60,687 nucleotides of DNA from an uncultured virus (IMG/VR IMGVR_UViG_3300044641_009778) (Duplodnaviria; Heunggongvirae; Uroviricota; Caudoviricetes): the IMG/VR virus record IMGVR_UViG_3300044641_009778; one strand, written 5' to 3'. Within the stretch, counting starts at the first letter, position 1. Each line of letters begins with the position of its first letter. This document shows, piece by piece, positions 9,636 to 21,000 of the stretch. The notes under the pieces were generated by a model. It searched no databases, was not told the origin of the DNA, and saw nothing but the letters and a program-made list of their open reading frames with translations. A program made the translations under genes and the position numbers.

Positions 9636-11433
9636 AGTCAAAGCCCTCGCAGATGTAGTGCAGGCTATTACTGGTAATTCTCTGATTGGACGGCGAAACA
9701 AAAACCTGTCGAATGCGAGCACCCGTACTGGTGGTTATGATGTTGGAAATCTGAGTATCGCCAACCACATTATTATCTGGCGTCATGGGCACAGTAATGC
9801 TGTGATAGTTTAACACCGATGATGTCAATGAACGCACCACTTGATAGGTCGGTGCTCTCGAAGCCACACCGTTACTGCTTTGTTGCAACAACAAGGCTTC
9901 GCCAAACACAAACAACAAAGCAGTGCTGGTGCCGGGATTGTGTACAGCCTGCAGTCTCGCAGTAATGCCCGGTATGGGCGGAATCTGCGGAATTACTGCA
10001 GTACTAAAATCATTGTAATCGCTCAAAGTATTGCTGCTACCAATTACTCTTATAAAAACACTGGTTAGTGTCGCAGAAGTCATGAGTGCGGTAGTAATTC
10101 GTGGATCACCAAGAGCTACTCGCACACCAGCGCTAGTACCAGCTCCCAACAGAACTTGACTATTGGTGGCCAGCCAGTTAAATTTAATTACATTGCCGCC
10201 GCCACGTTGTGTAGTGAAGCGCAGGAAACTGCCGGTGGAGGCGGAATCTGTATAAACAGCGCCGATGCGACGCACGATTTGAAGGCTGCTGGTGGCAGCC
10301 GCAGTAAATACCTGACTACTTACCGTGGCGATATCGCGATTGGAGCTCATCACAAAATCCACGGCACCATTGGTGGCGTTGCCCAATAAGAATATGTAGT
10401 ACCAGGTGCTGAGTCGCGGACCATTGCCGCCAGGTATGGTATCAATAATGGCCGGTCCGCCGGCGGTTGTGGTCCACCCCGTAGTCCAGCTTCGAGTCAT
10501 TGATGCCGATGTACTGACAAAGGCTAGCATGCTGGTTTCGCTGATGCGAGCAGCACTGGTGGTGCTGTAGCTAAAGTGCGTTGCGCTGCCGGGCGACACT
10601 TGAATGGTGTTGGCCAAATCAACATCATATAAGAAGCCCTCGATGTGTTCTGGCCACAGTCTGGGATCAAGATAGAATGTGCGATTGGTGCTGAGATCTC
10701 CGCCGCCGATCAAACCATTGCCTGCGGATAATGCGATAGAACTCTGAGTAAATTTACTCAGATTGCTGCTCAGAGCGCCCTGCACCATGCCGGTGTGAGC
10801 CACCGAAAGCGAACTATCCGTAATGGCTTTTACAGCCAGTCCACTGAGTGCTGCGGCTTCCAACACCAAGGTATTGCCGGTGGTGAACATCAGTCTGGAG
10901 TAACTACTGACATCCTCGGCGCTAGCGGCATATACCCAGAGACCATCGCGACCGCGCACTACTAGACTGGTGGTATAAATGCTGACCGATGTAACCCAGT
11001 TTAGACCGAGGTTTACATTGATCTCGCCGCGAGTAAGCAGCGTTTCGCTGGTGTTGCGAGTAAGTATATTGAACAGACTGCGACCGTTTATGGTCAGCCC
11101 CACGCTGTTGGGTGCGGCGGTGATTTCGCTGTCCACGCCGGCCGAGCCAGAATTATTGGTGATGAACAGCGTGCTAACGCCGCTGCTACCCCAGGTTTTT
11201 ACCGCATCAGAACTGCCGCTGACAAATTTATTGCTAACTGTGCTCCAGCGTAGTACATCGCCCTTTTGTGGCGCAGTAGTACCGGTTAAATCAATTCTCA
11301 ATCCGTTGCTGGTTGATCCAGCCAGAGCATTGTAGAGCTCAATAAAATTGCTGTTGAGTTTCACACCCCCGGCGTACAAGCTGTCGCCGTCGTTGTTGTT
11401 GGGTGTGCCTAGTAGTATGGGTTGATAAGACAT
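9625..11433 (-). CDS. Virion structural protein with gp9/gp10-like N-terminal motif (fibre connector or short fibre)
   Basis: N-terminus YQPILLGTPNNNDGDSLYAGGVKLNSNFIELY resembles the T4 gp9/gp10 G-D-L-GG-KIN-NF-ELY motif; the rest is Ser/Thr-rich beta sequence. Confidence 0.65.
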   Translation of the reverse strand: MSYQPILLGTPNNNDGDSLYAGGVKLNSNFIELYNALAGSTSNGLRIDLTGTTAPQKGDVLRWSTVSNKFVSGSSDAVKTWGSSGVSTLFITNNSGSAGVDSEITAAPNSVGLTINGRSLFNILTRNTSETLLTRGEINVNLGLNWVTSVSIYTTSLVVRGRDGLWVYAASAEDVSSYSRLMFTTGNTLVLEAAALSGLAVKAITDSSLSVAHTGMVQGALSSNLSKFTQSSIALSAGNGLIGGGDLSTNRTFYLDPRLWPEHIEGFLYDVDLANTIQVSPGSATHFSYSTTSAARISETSMLAFVSTSASMTRSWTTGWTTTAGGPAIIDTIPGGNGPRLSTWYYIFLLGNATNGAVDFVMSSNRDIATVSSQVFTAAATSSLQIVRRIGAVYTDSASTGSFLRFTTQRGGGNVIKFNWLATNSQVLLGAGTSAGVRVALGDPRITTALMTSATLTSVFIRVIGSSNTLSDYNDFSTAVIPQIPPIPGITARLQAVHNPGTSTALLFVFGEALLLQQSSNGVASRAPTYQVVRSLTSSVLNYHSITVPMTPDNNVVGDTQISNIITTSTGARIRQVFVSPSNQRITSNSLHYICEGFDFAR

Positions 11434-11446
11434 GTCTTAATCCTGG

Positions 11447-12202
11447 TCAGAATGAGTCTTCGAAAGTTTGATCATAATCATAGTCATCTGCGGGCAAGGC
11501 CGTAGTTGGATCCGTTGTTACCGTATATTTAGTCAAGCGACCTTCGAGCTCGGGATCGTTGAACACCGACGCAATGGCTGTGCGAATAATTTCTTGACGT
11601 TCGATCGGTCCGTAATAATAGAGTTTCAGGGTAAAGGTATAGGTCCAGATGATCATTCGACGATTGGTCATGTCGCCCTCGTAGTCATCTTCGTAGGTTA
11701 CGCTGTTTAGAATTATGGGCAGATCGTGCTTGATGCCGAGCTCTGGAATATAATTCACCGTAACACTAAAGTCGGGGTTGAAGGCCGGAGCAATCTGTTC
11801 GAAGATCTGGAGGCCGTCTTCTTGATTCTTGGCATAGACATAGAGGTTCACCGTTAAATTATACGGAGTAGGTCCAAATACTCGGTTTGCAGAATATTCG
11901 CCGGTTATGCTCTTCAGGGTATTGATGCTGTTGATTTTACGTTGACCATCGTATTCGTAGCTGATGACTTCAAAACTCATGCGAGGCAACAACACATTGA
12001 ACTGTTGTTTGTCGGGATTGGGAGTCTGTACAATGCGCGCCAGCATTTTGCTCTTGGGAGCATAGCTCAGCGGCACCTTGATGGTTTGAATCTTTTGATC
12101 CTGCGCATTGCGACGTCGCACCTGCAGATTGTTGAACATCACACCAAAGGCCACAATGGCCTTGCGGGTAATGCCATGATAGAATAATTTACCGTCAAAC
12201 AT
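11447..12202 (-). CDS. gp15: Tail sheath stabilizer / tail terminator
   Basis: FYHGITRKAIVAFGVMFNN, KVPLSYAPK, LPRMSFE and RRMIIWTYTFTLK motifs; ATG at 12202 preferred. Confidence 0.95.
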   Translation of the reverse strand: MFDGKLFYHGITRKAIVAFGVMFNNLQVRRRNAQDQKIQTIKVPLSYAPKSKMLARIVQTPNPDKQQFNVLLPRMSFEVISYEYDGQRKINSINTLKSITGEYSANRVFGPTPYNLTVNLYVYAKNQEDGLQIFEQIAPAFNPDFSVTVNYIPELGIKHDLPIILNSVTYEDDYEGDMTNRRMIIWTYTFTLKLYYYGPIERQEIIRTAIASVFNDPELEGRLTKYTVTTDPTTALPADDYDYDQTFEDSF

Positions 12203-12962
12203 TGCGCAGCACCTCGCCAAATGGGTTTATTTCTGTGAAGTCCAGTATGTCCTGAGCATCCACGGTGAAGTCGTCGTTGTTGGCAATGGGGTCGCGTTGT
12301 TTGATTACAAAACTTTCTTGCATCAAATAACCATAGTCGTCGATGACGTTGGTGTCTAATAATAGATGATCGCCGCTCTCCAGCAATATAGTGTTCTGAT
12401 CCACATCCAGGCTGCGACCATCTTCCACATCGTCGATGCTGTCGATGCCAGTATCGAACCGTTCTGAACTGTACTGGTAGAGCTCGCACTGCAGACGCCA
12501 GACGTAGAGTTTGCCGAGCTGGAAGAAAGGATTGGTGCCATCGACTCGTTTGATCTCAAAATAATTGTCGGTCAAGGGCATGTAGATTATGTCGCCCTCG
12601 GCCGGTCGGTTGGGCAGTATTAGATCGCTTTTTCTGCCGCGTGCGCAGACATCTTCCCAGCGCAGACGGGCCACCATGAAGGTAGCGGTCTCACGAAACT
12701 CGATGCCGAATTTGCTCATGAGTTCGCCTTCGCCGCCAAAGCCGTCGACGTTCTCTAGATACATCTCCATGGGTATGGCGTTCTCGAATTTACTCAGGGT
12801 ATCTTCGAAGAACAAGGGATCTTTGTTTACTTCGGTGCGGGGCAAATAGTAGGTATCGAATCCATAGATTTTTATGGACTCGATGATTAAACTTTCCACC
12901 AAGCGTTGTTCGCTGGTGCGACCACCGGGTATGCCGCTCTGGAAGTAGAAATTGGTACTCAC
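12195..12962 (-). CDS. gp14: Neck protein
   Basis: LIIESIKIYGFDTYYLPR, SKFG, RPAEGDIIY and PFFQLGK motifs. Confidence 0.95.
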   Translation of the reverse strand: MSTNFYFQSGIPGGRTSEQRLVESLIIESIKIYGFDTYYLPRTEVNKDPLFFEDTLSKFENAIPMEMYLENVDGFGGEGELMSKFGIEFRETATFMVARLRWEDVCARGRKSDLILPNRPAEGDIIYMPLTDNYFEIKRVDGTNPFFQLGKLYVWRLQCELYQYSSERFDTGIDSIDDVEDGRSLDVDQNTILLESGDHLLLDTNVIDDYGYLMQESFVIKQRDPIANNDDFTVDAQDILDFTEINPFGEVLRNV

Positions 12963-12964
12963 GG

Positions 12965-13948
12965 TTACCCCAGATAGAAATTGGGCGGAGCCTGATAACG
13001 ACTCTCCATTTCATTTTCTAGGTTGTCAATTTCTGCTATGGCTTCTTCCCAGATTTTTTGACCGTTCAAGGTCACACCGCCCGGCATCTGTATGCCTTCG
13101 AACTTTTTAAGATTCTCGCCCCATTGACGTTTGATTAACGCAGTGGCATAGCGTTTCAGGAACCAGTCGTTGTAGACATCGGGGAATTCGTTGGGATCAA
13201 GAATGCGATAACATTCTACAATGACAAATTCTCCGGGATTGACTTCCTTGTCCCAGGCCATCTCCACATACAGTCTATTGGTGTGGCGACTGAATTCTAC
13301 GGTCTTTTGACCTACGAGCAGCATTTCAATTAAACTCAGATGCTGTTTGATCTGCTGGTAGTAAATAATGCTGGTGCTCAGCAGGTCGAATAGATCGTTG
13401 AGTCTGAGCTGATAGCGAAGATCGAACATGTAGTCCATGCCGGTCTTGGTGTCGGTAAAGGGCAGTACTCTGACAACATTGATGATGGCATCGTTGATTT
13501 GAATATAACGATTGTCCATGTCGCCTAGAGTGATGCTCACCATGGTGGCTGTACCGGTGCTGCGGTTGCCGGTCAGCACATCGCCGGCTACAAAGGTACC
13601 GCGAATGTTCTGCAGCAGCAAGGTAGTGCCGGTGCTGGTGTTGCCTGGACCTTCCTGTGTAATTAGGCCGGTTGCTCCGCTGATCGAACCCGTAATGGTT
13701 TCGCCGAGAGCAAATAAATTGACGGTGCTGGATACTGCGTTGGAAGTCACAGTCATGCGACTAGCGGTTATCATGTGTTTCATGAAGATCCGCTGAACCG
13801 CATCGTAGTGATAGTCGCGGTAGTATTGGAAAGCATCGTCGATGCGATCTTCAACCTGATCGTCATCGACGTTGATTTCGGTGACCGGATGCCCAAGTTT
13901 CCTCAGGCAATAGTCAATGAGCTGTTGTCGTGTTGCTGGTGCGGCCAT
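12965..13948 (-). CDS. gp13: Neck protein
   Basis: LIDYCLRKLGHPVTEINV and WFLKRYATALIKRQWGENLKKFEGIQMPGGVTLNG motifs. Confidence 0.96.
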   Translation of the reverse strand: MAAPATRQQLIDYCLRKLGHPVTEINVDDDQVEDRIDDAFQYYRDYHYDAVQRIFMKHMITASRMTVTSNAVSSTVNLFALGETITGSISGATGLITQEGPGNTSTGTTLLLQNIRGTFVAGDVLTGNRSTGTATMVSITLGDMDNRYIQINDAIINVVRVLPFTDTKTGMDYMFDLRYQLRLNDLFDLLSTSIIYYQQIKQHLSLIEMLLVGQKTVEFSRHTNRLYVEMAWDKEVNPGEFVIVECYRILDPNEFPDVYNDWFLKRYATALIKRQWGENLKKFEGIQMPGGVTLNGQKIWEEAIAEIDNLENEMESRYQAPPNFYLG

Positions 13949-13957
13949 GGCGCCTCC

Positions 13958-16867
13958 TTAGGCCTGGGCTTCTGTCCAGCTAACTCGCAGACCTCGAAGA
14001 ATTGTGTTTGATGTTGTTACACTGTTGGCTACTAGCACCAACACATCGGGACCATTGGGGAAGCCCGGCGTTGTATTACTGCCATCACCGCCCAGCATGC
14101 CATTGCCAAGATCTCGAACTTCGTCCAGTTCATAGGTCTGTACACCGGTGTCAGCAAAGAAACTAAAGATCTGTTCGCCGCCCTGTATGGTGGTGTTGTT
14201 GCTGGTATGATCGATGACCTGTGCCAAACTACCGGCACCAATGCTGCTCAGCACCGATGTAAAGCTCCAGGTATCGGGAATCACCGGAGCGCCCGCACCA
14301 GTATATCTTGTGGGGTTCAATACTCCAGTAATCAGCATTGGGCCAGTGGAATTAGTACCAATGCTGGTGAGCTTGAGCTGCATGCGATTAATGATTTCTC
14401 TGACGCCAAATTCGCCAACGTTGCTATTATCCACTGACGGTGCCAGACGAATACTTAAAATTGCAATACTAGTGTTGGCATTGACTGTGGTTTCGCGGCG
14501 TTTGCCGTAGCTGAAAACAATGCTTCGGTCATCATCATAACCACCGTCCATGATTACACTGGTGCCCCAGTGCATGATCATCGGAGCACAGGTACAGGTA
14601 ATGAAACTAACACTGCACTGCGAACTAGTATTGGTGGTGCCACCTTCGAATTCATTGGGCACAAAGGTCAGGTTACTAGTGCTTCCACCAAAGGCTCGGC
14701 GATCTAGACCAATGAGGTTCCAGGCATTGAGTGCGGCATTATAGGTTTTGGCGCCATAGGCCATGACCTCTACGCTGGCTCCCTGCTGCACCATGATTTC
14801 TCCGCTGCTGGGCCAGTATTCCGCGTCTTTGACCACCATGGTGGTGTCGCCGCTGGCCAGGCTAACGCCGTAGCTGCTGACACTGCCGGACATGAGTTTA
14901 GTATATGGACCAATGTTGGTTACTTCGTAGCGCACCGGCAAGTTACCGCTGCGCATGTAGGCCTGGTTGTTGATGTTGTTGTTGGCCACTTTGTGGCAGT
15001 AAACAACATTACCATCGGTCATGCGGAAACCAAATCTCACAAAGCCCGCACCATACCAGGTATAATCGATGTAGCACATCTGCATCTTGGTGACGTCCAG
15101 CACATAACCCGAAGGTCCTGTACCATCACATCGATCAAGATTCCATTGACTTTGTGGTGTTTTTACGTTGGTGGTGATGTTGCAACGAATGCCGGACACT
15201 GATGGTGCGCGATACGGCGGTGCAATTTCCATGCTGGTGGCGCTGTCAATCTGAGTAACTTGATAATTTTGACCTCGAATAACAACATAATCACCAGTAA
15301 CTAGATTTTTGTGGAATTTAGTATTAATGCCGGTTACTGTTGTAGAGCCACTGACTACATTTATAGTACCAGGAATTTCGCGTGTGCTGTTGCGACGCAC
15401 AGCAAACATGGTGGTGCCGTCGTATTCAAAATAGAATCCGTTCTGCATGTCGAACATGCCTACACGATTGGATGCGCCTTTCCAGTTCTTGACTGTGACC
15501 TGGCCAACGCCACCAGGATTGGTGTCTGTGGGTGTGCCACCCATGGTATAGGTCAAGGTTTTGGATGCGGAACTAACAAAGTTCGTAGTAAATGTACCGT
15601 TGTAGGTATTAGTAGTGCCGGCATTGACTTCAATGCCTTCCACCACAATGGTGGTGCCGCTGGCAATGCTGAGATACTGCTGCGTTGTAATTGCACACAC
15701 CGCAGTAGTGGACGATATGGTGTTGATGTCAAAACTCGGCGTAAACTTTGTGCCGGTGCTCATCTGAATACCCTTGCCGCTTTGATAGCGGAAGTAACGT
15801 CGACTCTGCCGCGCAGCCATGATGCCTTCCTGCACATTCACAGTATTAATCATCACACCGCCGTCGCTGGGTCGATGCACAAAATTGGCCTCGGGTCGCA
15901 TCAGAATGATCATGTTGCCGATGGTGGGGGTGGCGGTGCCGGTTTGAACGCCCGGTGTTTGAAATCGGAAAGTAGTGGCTGATGGTACGTCAAAAATTGA
16001 CCACGAACCGTTGATGGTGGTGGTGGTGGCACTGTTCACCAAAATCGGAGAACCGCGCAGCAGACCATGTTTACCAGTAGTGGTTACTGTGATGATCGAT
16101 CCTGGTGATGCGGCTGCATTGTCTGATGCAATGGAACTAACTATGACTCGCGCTGGAGCGTTGCTTCGATCCGTGAACAAACCACCGCCTTGTATGTTGG
16201 TGCTGCTGTTGGCAATGTTGCCGTTGATCTGCGCCTTGGCCGTATAGGTAAAGGTTGTGGCGCTGGGCACCGTAAGTATTGGATATGCACCCTCACCATC
16301 AAAATTGTTGGTGTAGCTAACGTTGACTAGATCGCTGGTGTTCAAACCATGCGGTATAGTTGTTGTCACCGTCATTGTAGACCGTGGAGCTTGATTTCCT
16401 CCGACAACAGTAAGCACCGGTAAAGTATTGGCGCCGCCGCGATAGAAATACGACGGATAGTTTTGAATTGTGGCCAGGCTTTCCCACTTAATGGGCTGCA
16501 GACCGTATTCAAAGTCGGTGTCAATCAAACTCTGCGGCGCAGCTACTCGAATTTTATTGGTGGGATCCTGCATGATCTCCGACACAGTAACAGTCTGGTC
16601 GGCCTGATCCTCCATGATCATGATGGGGTCGGCCGCACTCATGCTGCTGGTGTCGTAGTTCACTGTGAACTGAGTGCCAGTGCTGCTATACGGGCAGGTA
16701 TAGCTAGTGATGTTCAGGTCCGGATCGCTGAAATTATATAATACGGTGTTGCTACTTTGATTCACCACCAACAGCAGTTGTTCGCGCGGAATGATGCGGT
16801 TGGGTATGGTTATGGTCTTGGTAGACGGTGAAAAAGTATAATATTCGGCTACAACTCTTTTGGCCAT
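13958..16867 (-). CDS. Large virion structural protein (969 aa)
   Basis: Thr/Ser-rich beta protein with repeated TVTTxxxHGL modules; lies within the structural operon. Confidence 0.7.
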   Translation of the reverse strand: MAKRVVAEYYTFSPSTKTITIPNRIIPREQLLLVVNQSSNTVLYNFSDPDLNITSYTCPYSSTGTQFTVNYDTSSMSAADPIMIMEDQADQTVTVSEIMQDPTNKIRVAAPQSLIDTDFEYGLQPIKWESLATIQNYPSYFYRGGANTLPVLTVVGGNQAPRSTMTVTTTIPHGLNTSDLVNVSYTNNFDGEGAYPILTVPSATTFTYTAKAQINGNIANSSTNIQGGGLFTDRSNAPARVIVSSIASDNAAASPGSIITVTTTGKHGLLRGSPILVNSATTTTINGSWSIFDVPSATTFRFQTPGVQTGTATPTIGNMIILMRPEANFVHRPSDGGVMINTVNVQEGIMAARQSRRYFRYQSGKGIQMSTGTKFTPSFDINTISSTTAVCAITTQQYLSIASGTTIVVEGIEVNAGTTNTYNGTFTTNFVSSASKTLTYTMGGTPTDTNPGGVGQVTVKNWKGASNRVGMFDMQNGFYFEYDGTTMFAVRRNSTREIPGTINVVSGSTTVTGINTKFHKNLVTGDYVVIRGQNYQVTQIDSATSMEIAPPYRAPSVSGIRCNITTNVKTPQSQWNLDRCDGTGPSGYVLDVTKMQMCYIDYTWYGAGFVRFGFRMTDGNVVYCHKVANNNINNQAYMRSGNLPVRYEVTNIGPYTKLMSGSVSSYGVSLASGDTTMVVKDAEYWPSSGEIMVQQGASVEVMAYGAKTYNAALNAWNLIGLDRRAFGGSTSNLTFVPNEFEGGTTNTSSQCSVSFITCTCAPMIMHWGTSVIMDGGYDDDRSIVFSYGKRRETTVNANTSIAILSIRLAPSVDNSNVGEFGVREIINRMQLKLTSIGTNSTGPMLITGVLNPTRYTGAGAPVIPDTWSFTSVLSSIGAGSLAQVIDHTSNNTTIQGGEQIFSFFADTGVQTYELDEVRDLGNGMLGGDGSNTTPGFPNGPDVLVLVANSVTTSNTILRGLRVSWTEAQA

Positions 16868-16869
16868 GT

Positions 16870-17487
16870 TTAATCTCCAAATACTATGGTGTTCGGTGAG
16901 AAAGGATAACGACTTCGTGTCTGTCGACTAGCGGATACATTATTTATCCGTATGTCTGCGGTTTGTCGTGGTTTTATGGGGCGATAGAAATATATTTTCG
17001 AACCTGCGACTTTGAAGGTATAGGTTCGTTCAGCCTGATAATCCACAATCCAAGGCCCTAGGGTAGACACTTGCGGTACCGCAGGTGCATAGTTACGGTT
17101 ACCAATCATTACAGTAAAGTCACGATTATCACCATAGTCTAATCCTTCGGTAATGGCAGTCTGCCCTTTGCGAAGGGTAAAATTAAAAGTCTTGTTGTTG
17201 AAACTGTTGGATACATCGTTGATGGCAAACACCGCAGTATTGCTGCTGCCAGCGGTCGGCGTTTGCGGTATCCAGGCCGAACCATTCCAGGTCAGGGTCT
17301 GGCCAGTAGTAGGCGCAGTGCTGCTAACACTGCGGCCTCGCAATGATACAACTACCGGACTGCTGGTTGAGCCGCCGATATCACCGCCGAGCTGGATTTT
17401 GTTGTTGTCCAGCTCGGCGAAGTTATCATCAAGTTCAGCATTGGTGAGCGGCGATCCCTTTGGGATGCGCAGTATTAATGTAGCCAT
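16870..17487 (-). CDS. Putative tail fibre-associated structural protein
   Basis: N-terminal LRxxKGSPLTNAELDDNF motif and APTTGQTLTWNGSAWIP motif, both typical of phage fibre proteins; RBS AGGAG. Confidence 0.65.
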   Translation of the reverse strand: MATLILRIPKGSPLTNAELDDNFAELDNNKIQLGGDIGGSTSSPVVVSLRGRSVSSTAPTTGQTLTWNGSAWIPQTPTAGSSNTAVFAINDVSNSFNNKTFNFTLRKGQTAITEGLDYGDNRDFTVMIGNRNYAPAVPQVSTLGPWIVDYQAERTYTFKVAGSKIYFYRPIKPRQTADIRINNVSASRQTRSRYPFSPNTIVFGD

Positions 17488-17502
17488 GCTGCTCCTGAGT
17501 TA

Positions 17503-18054
17503 TTAGCTGACAGTAATGGTCCAGGTAATCTGCAGTGTATCGTCGTTACCTTTGTTCACTGGGTTGAAGGTTGTGCGGCAAAGCATGGTACCAGTCAATG
17601 TACCGGTGGAACTTGCGCTGTTGAAAATGCCGGCCTCGGTTACCGCAGTAGTGTTACTAGTAACAATACGTCGAGGATTAGCGGTAGTGAAGGTTGCTAC
17701 ATAGGTCACTACACCGGTGTTGGCAGTTGCACTCTGAACGTTGGCTCGGAAATATTGATCAATATCGCCGGCAATCACCACTTCGGTCAGCAGACTGGTG
17801 TCAGCCACAGCCACTGATGTGGTGCTGGTGCCGATGCCCATGTGCGTCATGCAGGATGTCAGGCTGATGGTGGTGGATACTGCGCTGACGTTGGCAGTAT
17901 TGCTGGTGCCCAGCATGCGGGTAGCAATGTAGTTTTTACCGTTTTGAACCACGAGGTTGGGGATGTAGCGAGTATCCTTTACTTGCCCGTCCGGTCCGAT
18001 AAGTTTGACATCAACGCTACCACGAATTTTTGTTTTCTCGTTGGTCAGATTCAT
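17503..18054 (-). CDS. Putative tail fibre / baseplate attachment protein
   Basis: NLVVQNGKNYIA...HMGIGT...AVTEAGIFNS...MLCRTTFNPVNKG..DTLQITWTITV pattern; RBS AAGGAG. Confidence 0.65.
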   Translation of the reverse strand: MNLTNEKTKIRGSVDVKLIGPDGQVKDTRYIPNLVVQNGKNYIATRMLGTSNTANVSAVSTTISLTSCMTHMGIGTSTTSVAVADTSLLTEVVIAGDIDQYFRANVQSATANTGVVTYVATFTTANPRRIVTSNTTAVTEAGIFNSASSTGTLTGTMLCRTTFNPVNKGNDDTLQITWTITVS

Positions 18055-18072
18055 GTTGATACACTCCTTGTG

Positions 18073-21000
18073 TTAAGAAATAATGCGCGATTCGCCGACA
18101 TAATCAAATTCAAAGTAATCGATATCAGCGACGTAATTAGTGATGCGTAGAGTTCCACGACTGATCAATGTATTTATATTATTCAATGGATCAAGATCGC
18201 CCATGGTTTCAGTGAATCCAATTACGCGTCCTGGAATTACTACGGTGCTGTCGGTGATCAACAACAGATCATCGATGTCGCGTTTAATGGGCGGCCGATA
18301 GAAGTTGCCCAATATGCGACTTTCGCCGATGTAGTCTTCGGCAAAATATTCAATGTCGGCATAGCTGGTCATGCGCACCGTACCACGGTCCAGCAGACTC
18401 ACAAAATATCCAAAAGGATCGGTTTCGCCGAAGGTGTCGTCGAAGAATCTCGGTAAAAGTCTCGACACACCTATGGCTTCCTGCATCACCAATGCATCGT
18501 CGAAAGTGCGCCGACCGCGCAGAGTGCGATTCAGCTCTTCCAGTACGGCTTGAGACTCTTCCAAGGGTCGGCGATAATTAACAGATCGTCGATCCGCATC
18601 GAAAATTTGTACTGCTGTATTGTTGAAGGTGCGGTTTGATATCAGCGGACCGTTCCAACCTCCGTCGTCACCCGACAGGCCTCCGTTGGCACCGCCGTTG
18701 CGCACAAATGTTCCGTTGGCGCCCGGTCCGTCGGGGCCGGCTGCTCCACCACCACCACAGGTGACCGTACTCGTTTGGCTAGACACCGCATTACCACCAC
18801 TGAAACGAACTACGCCGATGCTGCTGGCTGCGCTACCACCCAGTACTCGCTGACTCAAAGGACTGCCAGCCACACCCGCAGCCAGCACACCTTCGCTGGT
18901 GTTGGCGGGTATACTGTTGCTGACGATGTTGGCCCAGCTGCTGCCCGAAGTACCGCCTGAGCCACCGCCACCCTGAGTATTCACACCTTTGTTGCCAACA
19001 AAAACATAGATAGTTTGACCTGACGTTACCGCTATACTGCTGGTGGCAGCAAAAGCTCCACCGCCTCCACCAGTATAGGTATTTGGTGGCAACAGCGTAT
19101 CACGATGTCCGCCGGCTCCGCCGCCATAGGCATGCAAACTTATGCTGGTAACTCCGGCAGTTGCGGTCCAACTAGTAGCTCCGGCGTTAAAGAATACTAT
19201 GGGAGTAACGTCGTTAACATAAATTACTACAAGCCCGGTCGATCCATCATCTGTACCTCCGGAGGCGCCGGTGTAATGACCACCGCCACCAACCGCACGT
19301 GTATTATAGGAACGGCCACCACCGCGCGGACCAAAAAATTCGTTGTTGTAAAAATACAACGGAACAAGATCACCTACACCGGTGGCATCGCCCGCTATCA
19401 AACCGCCGCGTCCTGAAACAAAAATGCTGGAAGTTCTAGTTTTTAAATCTATGTTGACCTGATACCGCAGATTTTCCAAGGTCGCACCGCTGCGACGACT
19501 CTGTCCGGTGCTGGTAACTGGCAGCGCCGTAGGATCGCCGATGACAATGAAATCTGTGCCTGCGGCTGTGCCTGTAATGCTGGTGCCCCAGCCAGTAACC
19601 GTAATGCTGGTGCTGCGTTTTGCGGACTTTGTAAAATCAAAATTTACAATTTCGTTGCTGCCAAGGAATCTATTGTTGGCAGCAGTGGCGCCGGAACCTA
19701 TGACCTGAAGATCTCGTGTCAACAATGTTCCAGTATAGACTAAACCATCAAATACATTGGCCAAGTCTATGGCTATGGCGGCATCATCGCCCAAGAATTT
19801 AGTAATGAGGAACGACACTCGCTCCAGGGTGCTCTGTCGCTGTCCCAGGCCACTGCCGATCGCAACGGCTTCGGGGAAGTTGCGCACCGTGCTAAAGTTT
19901 GCTACATAGAAATCAAAGACGCCGAGCTGATCCAACTGCTGCGGAGCTACAGTAACCAGCACTGAACTTTGCGCATCGGTCAGTCCTTCCACAGTCTTGC
20001 GAGTAATGGTGTAGCTGGTGCTGGCTTTGGCTGGCAGGTTAAAGGTAAAGGCCGCAGTTTCTAGATCGCCGCTGAAACGCAGTGGTTGCGTCAAATAACC
20101 TGCACCTACGACCTGAGTATCGGTTTTTCTTTGTGTGACGGTTTTTCTCACATTTTCACGATCGATCACCACAGTTATCAATACTGCGCCCTGTCCAGCA
20201 TCGCCGGCGTTAACATTTGGAGAGGAGCCGGAACCACCGCCGCCACCGCCGCCATATACACCGCCACTGTGCGAAGGATCGCCGGCTCCATTGGTGCCAC
20301 TTGAACCACCACCACCGCCGCCTGGCGAAGCCGACGAAGTAGTAACCGCGCGGGCTCCACCAACACCGCTGTCAAGGCCAAAGAAACCTACACCACCACC
20401 GCCGCCACCGCCGGTACCAGTTGTATTATTGGCATACGAACCGCCACCGCCACCGCCACCACCGCCGCCGGAACCAGCTGCACCGTCGGTGGCAGTATCG
20501 GTGTTTGGATAGGTATCGGCCGCGCCGCCCGCGCCGCCCGCACCGTCGCGTCCGCCGGCCCCGCCACCACCGCCACCAAAATATGTTGTTCGACCATTGC
20601 CGCCGGCGCCGCCGTTGCCACCACCGTCTCCAACATAGTCACCGCCGGCACCGCCGTTGGCTGGTCCAGGAAATCCATAGGCGGCGGTGGCGCCGCCGCC
20701 GCCTTTGACCAAGGTACTTGAAATAAAATAACTATCGCCACCGTTGACCACACCAGAACCAGCATTCTTTTGACCCGCAGCACCAACCACTACGGTATAG
20801 GTCGCACCCGGTGTTATTGCGATGCCATTTTTCCATCCCAAACCGCCGCCGCCGCCACCACCGCCGCCGTTGGTGCCGCCACCGCCACCGCCGCCGATGC
20901 AGGTCACATCAACACTGACCGCACCGGCCGGCGCTGTCCAGTTGTTGGTTCCTACGCTTGTAAATACAATGCTGGTGGTGGTGCGACCGGACTGGAGCGT

